Assembly: GCA_947632455.1 (NCBI GenBank)
Contig: CANRPK010000004.1
Span: 3,542 to 67,541, forward strand
DNA: 64,000 nt
DNA from: an uncultured Bacilli bacterium
GTDB lineage: Bacteria; Bacillota_I; Bacilli_A; RF39; UBA660
Reading direction: 5' to 3'
Within the stretch, counting starts at the first letter, position 1. Every line of letters begins with the position of its first letter. A program made the position numbers and the translations under genes. The notes under the pieces were generated by a model. The model was not told the origin of the DNA and ran no database searches. It saw only the letters and a program-made list of their open reading frames with translations. Shown piece by piece: positions 53,445-63,637 of the stretch.

Positions 53445-54908
53445 TTAAAATGGTTTTAATGCTCTTTCTAAAGCTTTATCTATCATTTGCAAGTTATTAG
53501 CATCTAAACTTTCAATTAATTCTGTATTATCCGCCACAATATTATATTTTTTATTTAAATGACTAGCTAATGTTAAATATCTTTTAGCTAATTTATAATC
53601 ACCCACTGCAATATAAGCAAATCCTAATTTAGCATAAATAAATGGATAAGCATTAGGATTACTTGCTATTATTCTTAATAATTTAATACAATAATCATAA
53701 TCTTGATTTACATAAGCTAAATTAGCTTCATTCATTAATTCTTTATAATTTGCTGTATTTAAATCACAATATCTTAAGGCCAGTATATTATCATTATCGC
53801 CTATAATCATTCTACTAATATATGGAATATCTTTAATTTCATCTAAGATGTTTCTGATTTCTTCATCATCCATTTCCTCAAAAATAAATAATCCATCTCT
53901 TTTAACTACATCTAAAACTTCAATTAAATTATTCTTTCTTCGTCTAGCATTTATTTCTTTAACTAAATCATTTAATATTAAATAAAAATAATTATCAGTT
54001 AAATCTTTAAATTTATTATTAGTAATAACTATATTTAAAGCTCCTTCATAATCATGTAAAAGTAAAGCTGATTTCAAATCTGAACTATAACCTTCTTCTT
54101 TTTTAGGTATTTTTCCAGTTGTACGTATATTAATTATTTCCTTAGCAATTAATAAATAATATTTATTAGATAAATTTAATACATGCATTTTAGCTTCTTC
54201 ATCTAATAATAAAATTAATTCTTCATAATTTCTATCAATTACTAATTCACTAATCTTTGTATGGGTAGCAGTTTGTCTTTTTTTAGCCTTATATAATAAA
54301 TTAACTAATTCTGGAGTATAAACTAATTTATCGTTATCATGCAATAATTGTAAATTTATTATCGCACTATAAAATTTTTGATTAATTATATCTTCTATAA
54401 TAATACTTTTAAAAGTATCATCATTTATATTAATATCTAAATCATTTAATTTTAACTTTTTTACTATATCTTTATATTCTTGAGGTAAATCTAAAATATA
54501 ACTAAATAATAATAAATAAGTATTATATATTTTTCTATTATTAATATCTCTATAATAAATAAAATCAAAATAATTAAAAGCTTCTTTAAAATTTTTAGTT
54601 TTTAATTCTAAATAAAATAACCTTTTATAAACATCTAAATTTTGAGCATTTATTTCTAAACATCTAAGAAAACATAATTTTGCTTTATTATAATATCTCT
54701 TACTAACTAACGTATTACCATAATCATATAAACCATTAAGATCATTAAAAATATACCATCCTATTTTATATCTTTCTAATATATTTTTATTAACTAAATT
54801 AGTTAAATCATTTTTCTTAAAACCATAATTTTGTAATTGTTTAGTAGTTAGAGGATCTTCCTTAATAACCCCTTCATATAAATTTATTAAATTATTTGTA
54901 TTAATCAT
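53445..54908 (-). CDS. TPR-repeat protein
   Basis: 487 aa with repeated Y/A/L-spaced helical pairs (KAKLCFLRCLEINAQNLDVYKRL, GDYKLAKRYLTLASHLN). Confidence 0.6.
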   Translation of the reverse strand: MINTNNLINLYEGVIKEDPLTTKQLQNYGFKKNDLTNLVNKNILERYKIGWYIFNDLNGLYDYGNTLVSKRYYNKAKLCFLRCLEINAQNLDVYKRLFYLELKTKNFKEAFNYFDFIYYRDINNRKIYNTYLLLFSYILDLPQEYKDIVKKLKLNDLDININDDTFKSIIIEDIINQKFYSAIINLQLLHDNDKLVYTPELVNLLYKAKKRQTATHTKISELVIDRNYEELILLLDEEAKMHVLNLSNKYYLLIAKEIINIRTTGKIPKKEEGYSSDLKSALLLHDYEGALNIVITNNKFKDLTDNYFYLILNDLVKEINARRRKNNLIEVLDVVKRDGLFIFEEMDDEEIRNILDEIKDIPYISRMIIGDNDNILALRYCDLNTANYKELMNEANLAYVNQDYDYCIKLLRIIASNPNAYPFIYAKLGFAYIAVGDYKLAKRYLTLASHLNKKYNIVADNTELIESLDANNLQMIDKALERALKPF

Positions 54909-55048
54909 TTTTAAACCTCCTATTATCCATAATAAATAATTTTAATTGTAAAGTCAAGTTTATAAGCTGTTAATATATGTAAAAAATTCTCCTACAACTT
55001 GTAAACTAAATATATAAATGCTATACTCTAACTATTAAAGGAGCAATT

Positions 55049-56380
55049 ATGAAAGAAAAAGTATATAAAATTACCTCTATTATAAGTTTTATTTTATCTA
55101 TGTTATTATTAGCTGTGTATTTAATATTATTTATATTACCTAGATATAATTTAAATGCCTCTAGTATAGTGGTGTTACTAGGACTATCAGTTATTCTTTT
55201 TTATCTAGGTAATTTATTTATAAATAAATATCATCATATTTCTAAACCCTTAAAAATGACTTTATATTATATTCTAATTATATATGTCTTATCTTTATTA
55301 AATCTAACTATTTTTGACTATCAAAGAGGTTTTAATTTCCAATTTTTCTTTAGTAATAAAGAATTATTTCATGGTTATCTTGATACTTCTGTAAGACTTA
55401 TTCCTTTTTCTACAATTATTGGTTATTTTAGATCTTTATTTAATCATAATATAAATGTTTATATCTTTGTTTATAATATAATTGGTAATCTTATATGTCT
55501 TATTCCTTATGCTATCCTACTTCCTCTTTTATTTCCTAAACAAAATAAAGCCAAAGTTTTTATTCCTACCATTATATTTTTAAGTATAGGTATTGAATTA
55601 CTTCAACTTATAACGTTATCTGGTACATTAGATATAGATGATGTAATTCTAAACTCTCTAGGCGCAATTATCATTTACTTTATTCTAAAAATCCCTAGTT
55701 TAAAAAAATTAATTAATCATATATTTAATTTTAATACTTCTAAAATAAATAAAAAAGATATTAAAGTTTATATAATAACTCTAGTTATTACCATTATCTT
55801 AGCTAGTACTTTATTTTTAACTTTTAAATATTTTCAAAGTAAAGAATATAAAGGATACTCTTATGATTTTTTTGATAAATCCACATCTTGTGATAATGTT
55901 AAAGAATTATTTTATGAAGATGATTATTATACTTATTACTTTAATTGTACTAAAAGTGATGATGTATATATAATATTTAATAATAAAGATGAATATTTAT
56001 TAAAAGATTTCTTAAATAATAATCCTAATCCTGAATATCAATTAAATAATTTAAATATTATTCTTAAAAATGCTAATATAGGTGTAATAATTGAAGCAAA
56101 AATTCCTAAATTTAGTTTTGAATACGAAGGCAAAGATATTTATGCATCTTATATAATTGATAATCCCGAAATATTAGAACTTGAACATGATATAGGTATT
56201 ATGGGGTCTACTACTTTTAGACAAGACTATTTTATTAAAGCTAAAAAACCCGGCACAACTAAAGTTATCTTTGAAGTCAAAGACTTCAATTATTTACCTG
56301 AAACTAAAATAATAGATACAGTTGAATACTTATTTACAGTAAATAATGATTTAACAGTTAAGTATACTAAAGTAAGTTAA
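55049..56380 (+). CDS. VanZ-like membrane protein with a large C-terminal extracytoplasmic domain
   Basis: RLIPFSTIIGYF, NIIGNLICLIPYAILLP, ELLQLITLSGTLDIDDVILNSLGA. Confidence 0.65.
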   Translation: MKEKVYKITSIISFILSMLLLAVYLILFILPRYNLNASSIVVLLGLSVILFYLGNLFINKYHHISKPLKMTLYYILIIYVLSLLNLTIFDYQRGFNFQFFFSNKELFHGYLDTSVRLIPFSTIIGYFRSLFNHNINVYIFVYNIIGNLICLIPYAILLPLLFPKQNKAKVFIPTIIFLSIGIELLQLITLSGTLDIDDVILNSLGAIIIYFILKIPSLKKLINHIFNFNTSKINKKDIKVYIITLVITIILASTLFLTFKYFQSKEYKGYSYDFFDKSTSCDNVKELFYEDDYYTYYFNCTKSDDVYIIFNNKDEYLLKDFLNNNPNPEYQLNNLNIILKNANIGVIIEAKIPKFSFEYEGKDIYASYIIDNPEILELEHDIGIMGSTTFRQDYFIKAKKPGTTKVIFEVKDFNYLPETKIIDTVEYLFTVNNDLTVKYTKVS

Positions 56381-56443
56381 TCTAGAAAAACTTGCAATTT
56401 TTCATAAAATAGGCTATATTAATACTAGAAAGAAGGGAATTAT

Positions 56444-56827
56444 ATGCAATATCGTACTTTTGAAGATCATGAAAAAAATGGTCATGGCTATGCTTATATT
56501 TTTGATAAAAAAAATCAGGAAACTTATGAATATAATAATGGCTTAAGAAAGGGTCCCAAAACTGATGATACCCCATTATATGCTCCAACTAAAAAAGAAC
56601 AAGACTTTTTAAAAACAAAAGAAGCCATGGTAGAAAGTGTTTATAATACTTGTAAATATAAACTAGGGATGACTGATGAAAATGCTTTAGACGCTGCTCA
56701 TTTAGCTGCTAACTTATGCTATGATAAACATATTAAATATGAAGATGCCATAAAAGAAGCCATTAATCATGTTAGTAGCTTAGCTAAATTACAAAGCTAT
56801 AATGAAGAACAAACTCATCATAGATAA
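56444..56827 (+). CDS. Hypothetical protein
   Basis: 127-aa ORF with an AGAAGGGAA SD; no recognisable motifs. Confidence 0.5.
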   Translation: MQYRTFEDHEKNGHGYAYIFDKKNQETYEYNNGLRKGPKTDDTPLYAPTKKEQDFLKTKEAMVESVYNTCKYKLGMTDENALDAAHLAANLCYDKHIKYEDAIKEAINHVSSLAKLQSYNEEQTHHR

Positions 56828-56862
56828 AAAATAATAATTTTCCAAAAAGTTTTAATACTAAT

Positions 56863-56890
56863 AACAAGAACCTTTTAAAGTTCTTGTTTT
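56863..56890 (+). terminator. Terminator upstream of uvrB
   Basis: AACAAGAAC-cttttaaa-GTTCTTGTT followed by TT. Confidence 0.7.
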
Positions 56891-56951
56891 ATAATGTTTA
56901 ACGTGTTAAAATATTTCAAGATATATCTTTTTTATTTAAGGATGTGGTAAT

Positions 56952-58901
56952 ATGTTTGAATTAGTATCAAAATATAAACCTAGTGGAGATCAACCAGAAG
57001 CTATAAAAGAATTAGTCGAAGGTATTAAAAATGGCAAAAAAGAACAAGTTTTACTAGGCGCAACCGGAACAGGTAAAACTTTTACGATTGCTAATGTCAT
57101 TAAAGAAGTAAATAAACCTACTTTAGTTTTAGCTCATAATAAAACCCTCGCGGGACAACTATATTCTGAATTAAAAGAATTATTCCCTAATAATCATGTT
57201 GAGTACTTTGTATCATATTATGATTATTATCAACCTGAAGCTTATGTTCCTTCCAGTGATACATATATTGAAAAGGATTCCTCAATTAATGATGAAATAG
57301 ATGAATTAAGGCATGGAGCTACTAGCAGTCTTATTAATTATCAAGATGTTATTGTTGTATCTAGTGTATCATGTATTTATGGTATAGGTGAAAAAGAAGA
57401 ATATGAAAAATCAATGTTAGTTTTAAATTTAGATCAACAAATAAAAAGAAATGATATTATTAGTCGTCTAGTAGATATGACTTATGAACGTAATGATTTA
57501 GATTTTCATCGCGGCACATTCCGTAGTCGTGGGGATATTATTGATGTCATTCCTTCAAATGAACATGCTCATGGAATCCGTATTGAACTATTTGGTGATA
57601 CAATTTCTCGTATTTGTAGTTTTGATCCTGTAACCGGAGCTATTGTCTCCAATAAAAAGACTGTTACTATCTCTCCAGCTTCTCACTTTGTTACTTCCCC
57701 CGAAAAATTAAAAGAAGCTTGCCATCGTATTGAATTAGAACTTGAAGAACGCTTAAAAGAATTAAAAGAACAAGGAAAACTAATTGAAGAACAACGTTTA
57801 AGAGAAAGAACCAATTATGATTTGGAAATGTTAAAAGAAACAGGTTTTTGTAGTGGAGTAGAAAATTATTCTCGCCATCTTGCCTTGCGTGGCCCTGGAG
57901 AAACTCCCACTTGTTTAATTGACTTTTTCCCCAAAGACTTTTTACTAGTGGTCGATGAATCCCATGTTACTTTACCTCAAGTTCGAGGCATGTATAATGG
58001 AGATAGAATGCGTAAACAAACTTTAGTTGATTATGGTTTTCGTCTTCCTAGTGCTCTTGATAACAGACCCCTAAATTTTAAAGAATTTGAAAGTAAAATA
58101 AATCAAGCTATTTATGTTTCTGCCACTCCGGGAGATTATGAATTAGAACATACTGAAGGAAAATATGTTGAACAAATAATCCGCCCAACAGGTCTATTAG
58201 ATCCCACGATTGAAATTAAACCAACTATGGGCCAAATTGATGATATAATTGAAGAAATCAAAAAACGTATTGCGCTAAATGAAAGAGTATTAGTTACTAC
58301 TCTAACTATTCGTATGTCTGAAGAATTAACTAATTACTTAAAAGAAATGGGTATTAAAGTCGCCTATCTTCATAGTGAAATTAAAACTTTAGAAAGATTA
58401 AAAATAATCCGTGAATTACGTTTAGGTACTTATGATTGTATAGTTGGTATTAACCTTTTAAGAGAAGGCTTAGATATCCCTGAAGTAAGTTTAATATGTA
58501 TTTTAGATGCCGATAAACAAGGCTTTTTAAGAAGTGATCGAAGCTTAATTCAAACCATAGGTAGATGTGCTCGTAATGCTAATGGTCATGTAATAATGTA
58601 CGCGGATACTACTAGTGAAGCTATGCAATTAGCCATTAAAGAAACAGCTAGACGTCGTAAAATTCAAGAAGAATATAATGAAGAACATCATATAACTCCA
58701 ACTACTATTCAAAAAGAAATCAAAGAAGTAGTTTCTAATGAAGTTGAAAAAGTTTCAGCTAAACCTAAAATGAGTAAGAAAGAAAAAGAAAATATTCTAA
58801 AAACTATTGAAGAAGAAATGCAAGAAGCAGCCAAACAATTAGATTTTGAACGAGCTATGGAATTAAGAGATATATTATATGAAATGAAAAAAAGTTCATA
58901 A
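56952..58901 (+). CDS. uvrB: Excinuclease ABC subunit B
   Basis: [35 protein letters not shown], and the C-terminal UVR motif [10 protein letters not shown]. Confidence 0.95.
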   Translation: MFELVSKYKPSGDQPEAIKELVEGIKNGKKEQVLLGATGTGKTFTIANVIKEVNKPTLVLAHNKTLAGQLYSELKELFPNNHVEYFVSYYDYYQPEAYVPSSDTYIEKDSSINDEIDELRHGATSSLINYQDVIVVSSVSCIYGIGEKEEYEKSMLVLNLDQQIKRNDIISRLVDMTYERNDLDFHRGTFRSRGDIIDVIPSNEHAHGIRIELFGDTISRICSFDPVTGAIVSNKKTVTISPASHFVTSPEKLKEACHRIELELEERLKELKEQGKLIEEQRLRERTNYDLEMLKETGFCSGVENYSRHLALRGPGETPTCLIDFFPKDFLLVVDESHVTLPQVRGMYNGDRMRKQTLVDYGFRLPSALDNRPLNFKEFESKINQAIYVSATPGDYELEHTEGKYVEQIIRPTGLLDPTIEIKPTMGQIDDIIEEIKKRIALNERVLVTTLTIRMSEELTNYLKEMGIKVAYLHSEIKTLERLKIIRELRLGTYDCIVGINLLREGLDIPEVSLICILDADKQGFLRSDRSLIQTIGRCARNANGHVIMYADTTSEAMQLAIKETARRRKIQEEYNEEHHITPTTIQKEIKEVVSNEVEKVSAKPKMSKKEKENILKTIEEEMQEAAKQLDFERAMELRDILYEMKKSS

Positions 58902-58952
58902 TATATTGCAAGCTTAATTAAATTATGATAAATTAAATTTAAGGTGAAGTAT

Positions 58953-60794
58953 ATGTCTAAAGTAAAAATATTTATATTAAGTATTTTAACTACTTTATGT
59001 TTATATAGCGAGCAAGTAATTAAAGAAATGGTCATAGTCTATGAAAAAATAAATAAAATAGATCTTACTAAACTTATTAAATTTAGTTATTCTAATACTA
59101 GCTTTTTACTTATATTATTATTAACTATTATTCTTTACTTATTTTATCAAAAATATCTCAATATAAAAACTAAAAAAGCTTATAATATAATTAGTTTAAT
59201 CTTTACTTTTTTCTTAGTCTTTGGTTTTAGTTATAGTATTATTGGTGATGCTAGTATTGTATTAGGTAATTTTGTTTTAATTATTATATCTATTATTAAA
59301 TTTATAACTTATTATATATTTATAAAAACTCTTCTTAATTTTCTAATTCCTAAAATTATTAACTTTAATTTATCTCCAATAAAACTTCCTAAATTTCTCA
59401 AAAAATTTCAAAATTATTATGAAAAACATCCTTATAAAGTAACTATCTTAATTTTATTAATTGCTTATCTACCCTATATAATTAGTTTTTATCCCGCTAT
59501 ACTATCTCCCGATCCTTCTAATCAAATAAAACAATATTATAATTTACCAACTCATTATATAGAAGGAGTAAAATTAATAGATAATAATGTTTTAATAACT
59601 AATCATCATCCTGTATTTCATACTTTTATTTTAGGAGGCTTTACTAAATTAGGTGATAAATTACTAAATTTAAATTTTGGTTTATTCTTATTTAGCTTAT
59701 TTCAAATTTTCCTTATTATAAGTGCCATGACTTATTTATTAGTATATCTAAAAAATATTAAAGTTCCTTTTATAAGTCGTTTTATTATATTATTAATATT
59801 TGCTTTAGTTCCAGTCTTTCCATTATATACTTTAAGTAGTGTTAAAGATACTTTCTTTGGAGCGTTATTAGTCTTTTATCTTATTGAAATGCATAAATTA
59901 ATAAAAGGTAAAAAATATAGTTTAATTGAATATATATCTTTAGGTTTATTATGTTTATTTATGATGTTAGTTCGTAATAATGGTTTGTTTATTATTTTGT
60001 TTAGTTTCCCATTTTTAATTCATGAAGAAAAAAGGCAAAAATTAATATTAATTTTAGTGCTATTATCAACTATCTTAGTTTATGAAGCTCATAATAAAAT
60101 ATTATTACCAGCCCTTCATATTACTAATGGCAGTGTTCGTGAAGTATTATCAATTCCTTTTCAACAAACTGCTAGATATGTAAAATATTATCCCAATACT
60201 ATTACTAAAGAAGATCAACAAGTTATTGATAAAATATTAAATTATGATACTCTCGCCACCAGATATAAACCTAATATATCTGATCCTGTAAAAAATGAAT
60301 TTAATAAAGAAACAACCACCCAAGATTTAATCGCTTATTTTAAAGTATGGCTCAAGTATTTATTCCGTCATCCCGGTGTTTATATTGACGCTACTATCAA
60401 TAATGTATATGGCTATTTTTATCCTAATACTTCTAATTGGTATGTTTATTATAATTATGATGAAAGATTAATTGAAAGTTATTTAGATTATCACTATAAT
60501 AATTTAAATATTACTCGTAATATCTTAAGTTCTTATGCTGTTTCATTCCCATATATCCCAGTTTTAGGAAGTATTGTAAATATTGGTTTTGTTGTTTGGA
60601 TTTATATTATCTTACTTGGAGTATTCATTACTGAGCATAAAAAACAATTAATCGCTTTATTAATACCAGCCTTAACTTTAGTATTAATTTTAGTCGCCGG
60701 TCCCGTAAATACTTATTTTAGATATGTATTTCCAATCGTGTTAACTTTACCATTAATACTTAATATAGCTTATATAGAATTAAAGAAGGATTAA
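58953..60794 (+). CDS. Large polytopic membrane protein (possible GT-C-fold glycosyltransferase)
   Basis: ~613 aa with more than 10 TM helices and a soluble loop domain. AAGGTGA SD 6 nt before the ATG at 58953. The function is an inference only. Confidence 0.4.
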   Translation: MSKVKIFILSILTTLCLYSEQVIKEMVIVYEKINKIDLTKLIKFSYSNTSFLLILLLTIILYLFYQKYLNIKTKKAYNIISLIFTFFLVFGFSYSIIGDASIVLGNFVLIIISIIKFITYYIFIKTLLNFLIPKIINFNLSPIKLPKFLKKFQNYYEKHPYKVTILILLIAYLPYIISFYPAILSPDPSNQIKQYYNLPTHYIEGVKLIDNNVLITNHHPVFHTFILGGFTKLGDKLLNLNFGLFLFSLFQIFLIISAMTYLLVYLKNIKVPFISRFIILLIFALVPVFPLYTLSSVKDTFFGALLVFYLIEMHKLIKGKKYSLIEYISLGLLCLFMMLVRNNGLFIILFSFPFLIHEEKRQKLILILVLLSTILVYEAHNKILLPALHITNGSVREVLSIPFQQTARYVKYYPNTITKEDQQVIDKILNYDTLATRYKPNISDPVKNEFNKETTTQDLIAYFKVWLKYLFRHPGVYIDATINNVYGYFYPNTSNWYVYYNYDERLIESYLDYHYNNLNITRNILSSYAVSFPYIPVLGSIVNIGFVVWIYIILLGVFITEHKKQLIALLIPALTLVLILVAGPVNTYFRYVFPIVLTLPLILNIAYIELKKD

Positions 60795-60810
60795 ATCCTT
60801 TTTTATTTGT

Positions 60811-61263
60811 TCAAAAACTAATAGAATCATCAATTCTTCCCATTAAATAATCCGCGGATATATTATATTTTTTACATATATCATATAAATATAAAGTATT
60901 AATAAGCATTCTCCCTCGTTCATAATCAGAAATAACTGATTGAGTAGTATTAAGTATATTTTTTAAATCATTTTGTGTTAATTTTTTTTCTTTTCTAAAT
61001 TCTTTTAATCTATTCCCAGCATCTTTATTATCAACATCTAATCGTATCCTATTATAATTTTTATCTTTAGTAAATCCAAATATATAATCTAAGGAAATAT
61101 TAAAGTAATTTGCTACTTTAATTAAATGCTTAATAGGCATTATATAATATTCTCTTTCATATTGCCCATATACATCAATATCTAGTTCTAACATAGTAGA
61201 AACAGCCCGTTGGGTAATTCCTAAATTTTCCCTAATTTCCTTCAACTTTTCGCCATATATCAT
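60811..61263 (-). CDS. Tandem double-HTH XRE-family regulator, cassette F
   Basis: MIYGEKLKEIRENLGITQRAVSTML... plus AGNRLKEFRKEKKLTQNDLKNIL...ICKKYNISADYLMGRID. AGGTGA SD before the ATG at 61263. Confidence 0.85.
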   Translation of the reverse strand: MIYGEKLKEIRENLGITQRAVSTMLELDIDVYGQYEREYYIMPIKHLIKVANYFNISLDYIFGFTKDKNYNRIRLDVDNKDAGNRLKEFRKEKKLTQNDLKNILNTTQSVISDYERGRMLINTLYLYDICKKYNISADYLMGRIDDSISF

Positions 61264-61339
61264 TGATAAATCACCTAAAAATAATTTTCTCATATAAAGT
61301 ATTTTAAAAAATAAAAACGAGAAAATAGCGATATTTTTC

Positions 61340-61394
61340 TTGACTTTGATAATAGCAGATATTATAATTTAAATATAAATTAGAAATTTCTAAT
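61340..61394 (+). promoter_or_regulatory. Cassette F promoter plus perfect 16-bp palindrome
   Basis: TTGACT (61340-45), 17 nt, TATAAT (61363-68), ATTAGAAATTTCTAAT (61379-94, perfectly self-complementary). Confidence 0.75.
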
Positions 61395-61415
61395 AATATT
61401 GAGGAAAGGAAAGAT

Positions 61416-62954
61416 ATGAAATTAAAAGGGTTAAGTAAAGAAAAAGATAAGAAATTATTTATATATGGTTTTATAGTATGTGCAATATTATTTATAGTAA
61501 TAAACTATATAACAAGCCTAGCAAGATATAGAAATACAGAAAGTATAGAACTAGCAAGTGGAAATATAAGTTATAATAAAGCAGATTTAAATATAATAGC
61601 GATATATCAAGAAAAAGATAATAGTACATCTGAAGAAAAAGAATATGTAAGTATAAGTAAGATACCTACAGCAGGATATAAACTAAGCAATAAAAGTTAT
61701 TGTGAAGTAGGAAAACAAAGAGTAGAAGAAGCAGAATTTACATTAAATGAAAAAGGAATAACAATAGCAAACTTACAAGAAAAAGGAACAAAATGTTATA
61801 TATACTTTGATAGCCTAGTAAAAGAGATGTTAGGTAAATTGGAAACTTCAAAAGGAAGCAAATATACAATCGATGCAATGCCTAATCCGATTACTGGAGT
61901 ATATAATGCAGATGTAGAAAATCCCGAAGGAAAAGATAAATTATATATTAGTCCAGACAATTATGGAACAAGTTATGTCTTTAGAGGAAATAATGATGAT
62001 GTAAATAATTGGGTAAATTTTGCTAATCATACATGGAGAATAATCAGGATAAATGGAGATGGCACATTAAGGTTAATATTTCAATGTGCAGAACCAAATT
62101 GTACAGATACAACAGGAGAAAAAACTATTGCATTAGGCGGAACTGCTTATAAGCCTACCCAATTTGATGATAATACCTATGTAGGATATTATTATGGAAC
62201 ATCAAAAGCAAATAAAGGAGATGCCGGAGATCCAACATATGAAGAAGCTCATTCAAATACTACACCAAGTAATATAGCTAATGCAGTTCAGACATGGTAT
62301 AACGAAGCCGGAGCGATGAAAAATTATACAGAATATCTAGATGGAAATACGGGATGGTGTAATGATCGAACAGTAGTAAAAAATGTTTGGTCTAATTATG
62401 ACGGAAATGGTACTGGTCAGACTGCAACAGGTTATGCCCCGGCTTCTAGATTAATAGTAAAAAATGAAACTTATGGAGATTTTCGAACAAAACAATATCC
62501 AACGTTGAAGTGTGGAGTAGAAATGCCAGAAGAAAACCAATCAGAGGAAACGGCATCAAATGATTTTATTAATTTTGATATAAATGATGCATTTCTAAAA
62601 AGGGATTTATTTACAATAGAAGGCTCAAGTCTAGGTAATGCTAAACTTCCAGTACCAGCTGCATTAATCACAAGTGATGAAATAGTAATGGCAGGGGGCT
62701 TTGGAGGTACTGTATCAACTGATTACTGGCTATACACTAACCAATATTATTGGACAATGTCTCCGTATCACTATTATATTACTGATAAGTGGGCTGCCGT
62801 GTTCGTTGTACGTGATAGTGGCATCCTCGGTGGTGGCGCTGTGAATTGGACTACTCCTGGTGTGCGTCCAGTAATTAATCTTAATGCCAATATAGAATTT
62901 AGTGGAGGAAATGGTAAATCTAGTAGTCCATTTATAGTAAATACAAGTAATTAA
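61416..62954 (+). CDS. Paralog F of the ~500-aa family
   Basis: 512 aa. N-terminus of the E type; the second block is the same as in C. Family blocks are present. Confidence 0.9.
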   Translation: MKLKGLSKEKDKKLFIYGFIVCAILFIVINYITSLARYRNTESIELASGNISYNKADLNIIAIYQEKDNSTSEEKEYVSISKIPTAGYKLSNKSYCEVGKQRVEEAEFTLNEKGITIANLQEKGTKCYIYFDSLVKEMLGKLETSKGSKYTIDAMPNPITGVYNADVENPEGKDKLYISPDNYGTSYVFRGNNDDVNNWVNFANHTWRIIRINGDGTLRLIFQCAEPNCTDTTGEKTIALGGTAYKPTQFDDNTYVGYYYGTSKANKGDAGDPTYEEAHSNTTPSNIANAVQTWYNEAGAMKNYTEYLDGNTGWCNDRTVVKNVWSNYDGNGTGQTATGYAPASRLIVKNETYGDFRTKQYPTLKCGVEMPEENQSEETASNDFINFDINDAFLKRDLFTIEGSSLGNAKLPVPAALITSDEIVMAGGFGGTVSTDYWLYTNQYYWTMSPYHYYITDKWAAVFVVRDSGILGGGAVNWTTPGVRPVINLNANIEFSGGNGKSSSPFIVNTSN

Positions 62955-62956
62955 AA

Positions 62957-62996
62957 ATATGCCTATACTGCTTTCTTATTCCAAGTATAGGCATAT
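62957..62996 (+). repeat. Family 3' stem-loop, copy F (stem ATATGCCTATAC / GTATAGGCATAT)
   Basis: 12-bp perfect inverted repeat with loop TGCTTTCTTATTCCAA. Confidence 0.8.
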
Positions 62997-63007
62997 TTAT
63001 TATTTTT

Positions 63008-63033
63008 GAATACCTTTTTGGTATTCTTTTTTT
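63008..63033. terminator. Terminator between paralog F and regulator G
   Basis: GAATACC-tttttg-GTATTC followed by a T-run. Confidence 0.7.
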
Positions 63034-63035
63034 CT

Positions 63036-63488
63036 TTAAAAACTAATAGGTTCATCAATTCTTCCAAGTAAATAATCTGCAGATATATTATATTTCTTAC
63101 ATATTGTATATAAAAATGGTGTAGAAATTAAATATCTACCTCGTTCATAATCCGCTATAACAGATTGAGTAGTGTTTAAATAATTAGCAAGTTCTAATTG
63201 GGTAAGTTTAAGACTTTTACGCCACTCTTTAAGATTTTTACCAGCTTTAATATTATTTGCTTTTTTCTTAATATTTTTATATTCTTGAATAGAAGTAAAA
63301 CTAAAAATAAAATCTAAAGAAACATTAAAATAATTACATAAAGTAATTAAATGTTTAATTGGAATAGTTTGTTTTTCCTTTTCATATCTTCCATATAGAC
63401 TTTTATCAATTTCTAACATTTTTGACATTTCAGTTTGACTAATTCCAATTCTTTCTCTCATATTTTTTATGTTTTCTCCATAATTCAT
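63036..63488 (-). CDS. Tandem double-HTH XRE-family regulator, cassette G
   Basis: MNYGENIKNMRERIGISQTEMSKML... plus AGKNLKEWRKSLKLTQLELANYL...ICKKYNISADYLLGRIDEP. GGTGA SD before the ATG at 63488. Confidence 0.85.
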   Translation of the reverse strand: MNYGENIKNMRERIGISQTEMSKMLEIDKSLYGRYEKEKQTIPIKHLITLCNYFNVSLDFIFSFTSIQEYKNIKKKANNIKAGKNLKEWRKSLKLTQLELANYLNTTQSVIADYERGRYLISTPFLYTICKKYNISADYLLGRIDEPISF

Positions 63489-63561
63489 ACTATTCACCAA
63501 GATAATTTTCTCATTAAAATAGGTATTAATAAAAAATAGTGGATAAATACCGATATTTTTC

Positions 63562-63616
63562 TTGACTTTGAGTATATCAAAGTATATAATTTAAATATAA
63601 GTTAGGAATTTCTAAT
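63562..63616 (+). promoter_or_regulatory. Cassette G promoter plus palindromic operator candidate
   Basis: TTGACT (63562-67), 17 nt, TATAAT (63585-90), GTTAGGAATTTCTAAT (63601-16). Confidence 0.7.
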
Positions 63617-63637
63617 AATATTGAGAGAGGGAAAAGA

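Noticed and set aside
56382-56588. A 68-aa minus-strand ORF overlapping the start of 56444..56827.
   Set aside because: It overlaps a longer + strand ORF that has a good SD (AGAAGGGAA), and it has no SD of its own.
56863-56890. GAAC...GTTC upstream of uvrB considered as a LexA (Cheo) box.
   Set aside because: The spacing is N8 rather than N4. The sequence is part of a 9-bp stem plus T-run, which is better explained as the terminator of the preceding gene.
60961-61000. An A8/T8 homopolymer inside regulator F (gaaaaaaaatta) as a slipped-strand phase-variation switch.
   Set aside because: Runs of this length are common in a genome this AT-rich. The equivalent position in the other regulators is not a homopolymer, and the window gives no evidence of length variation.
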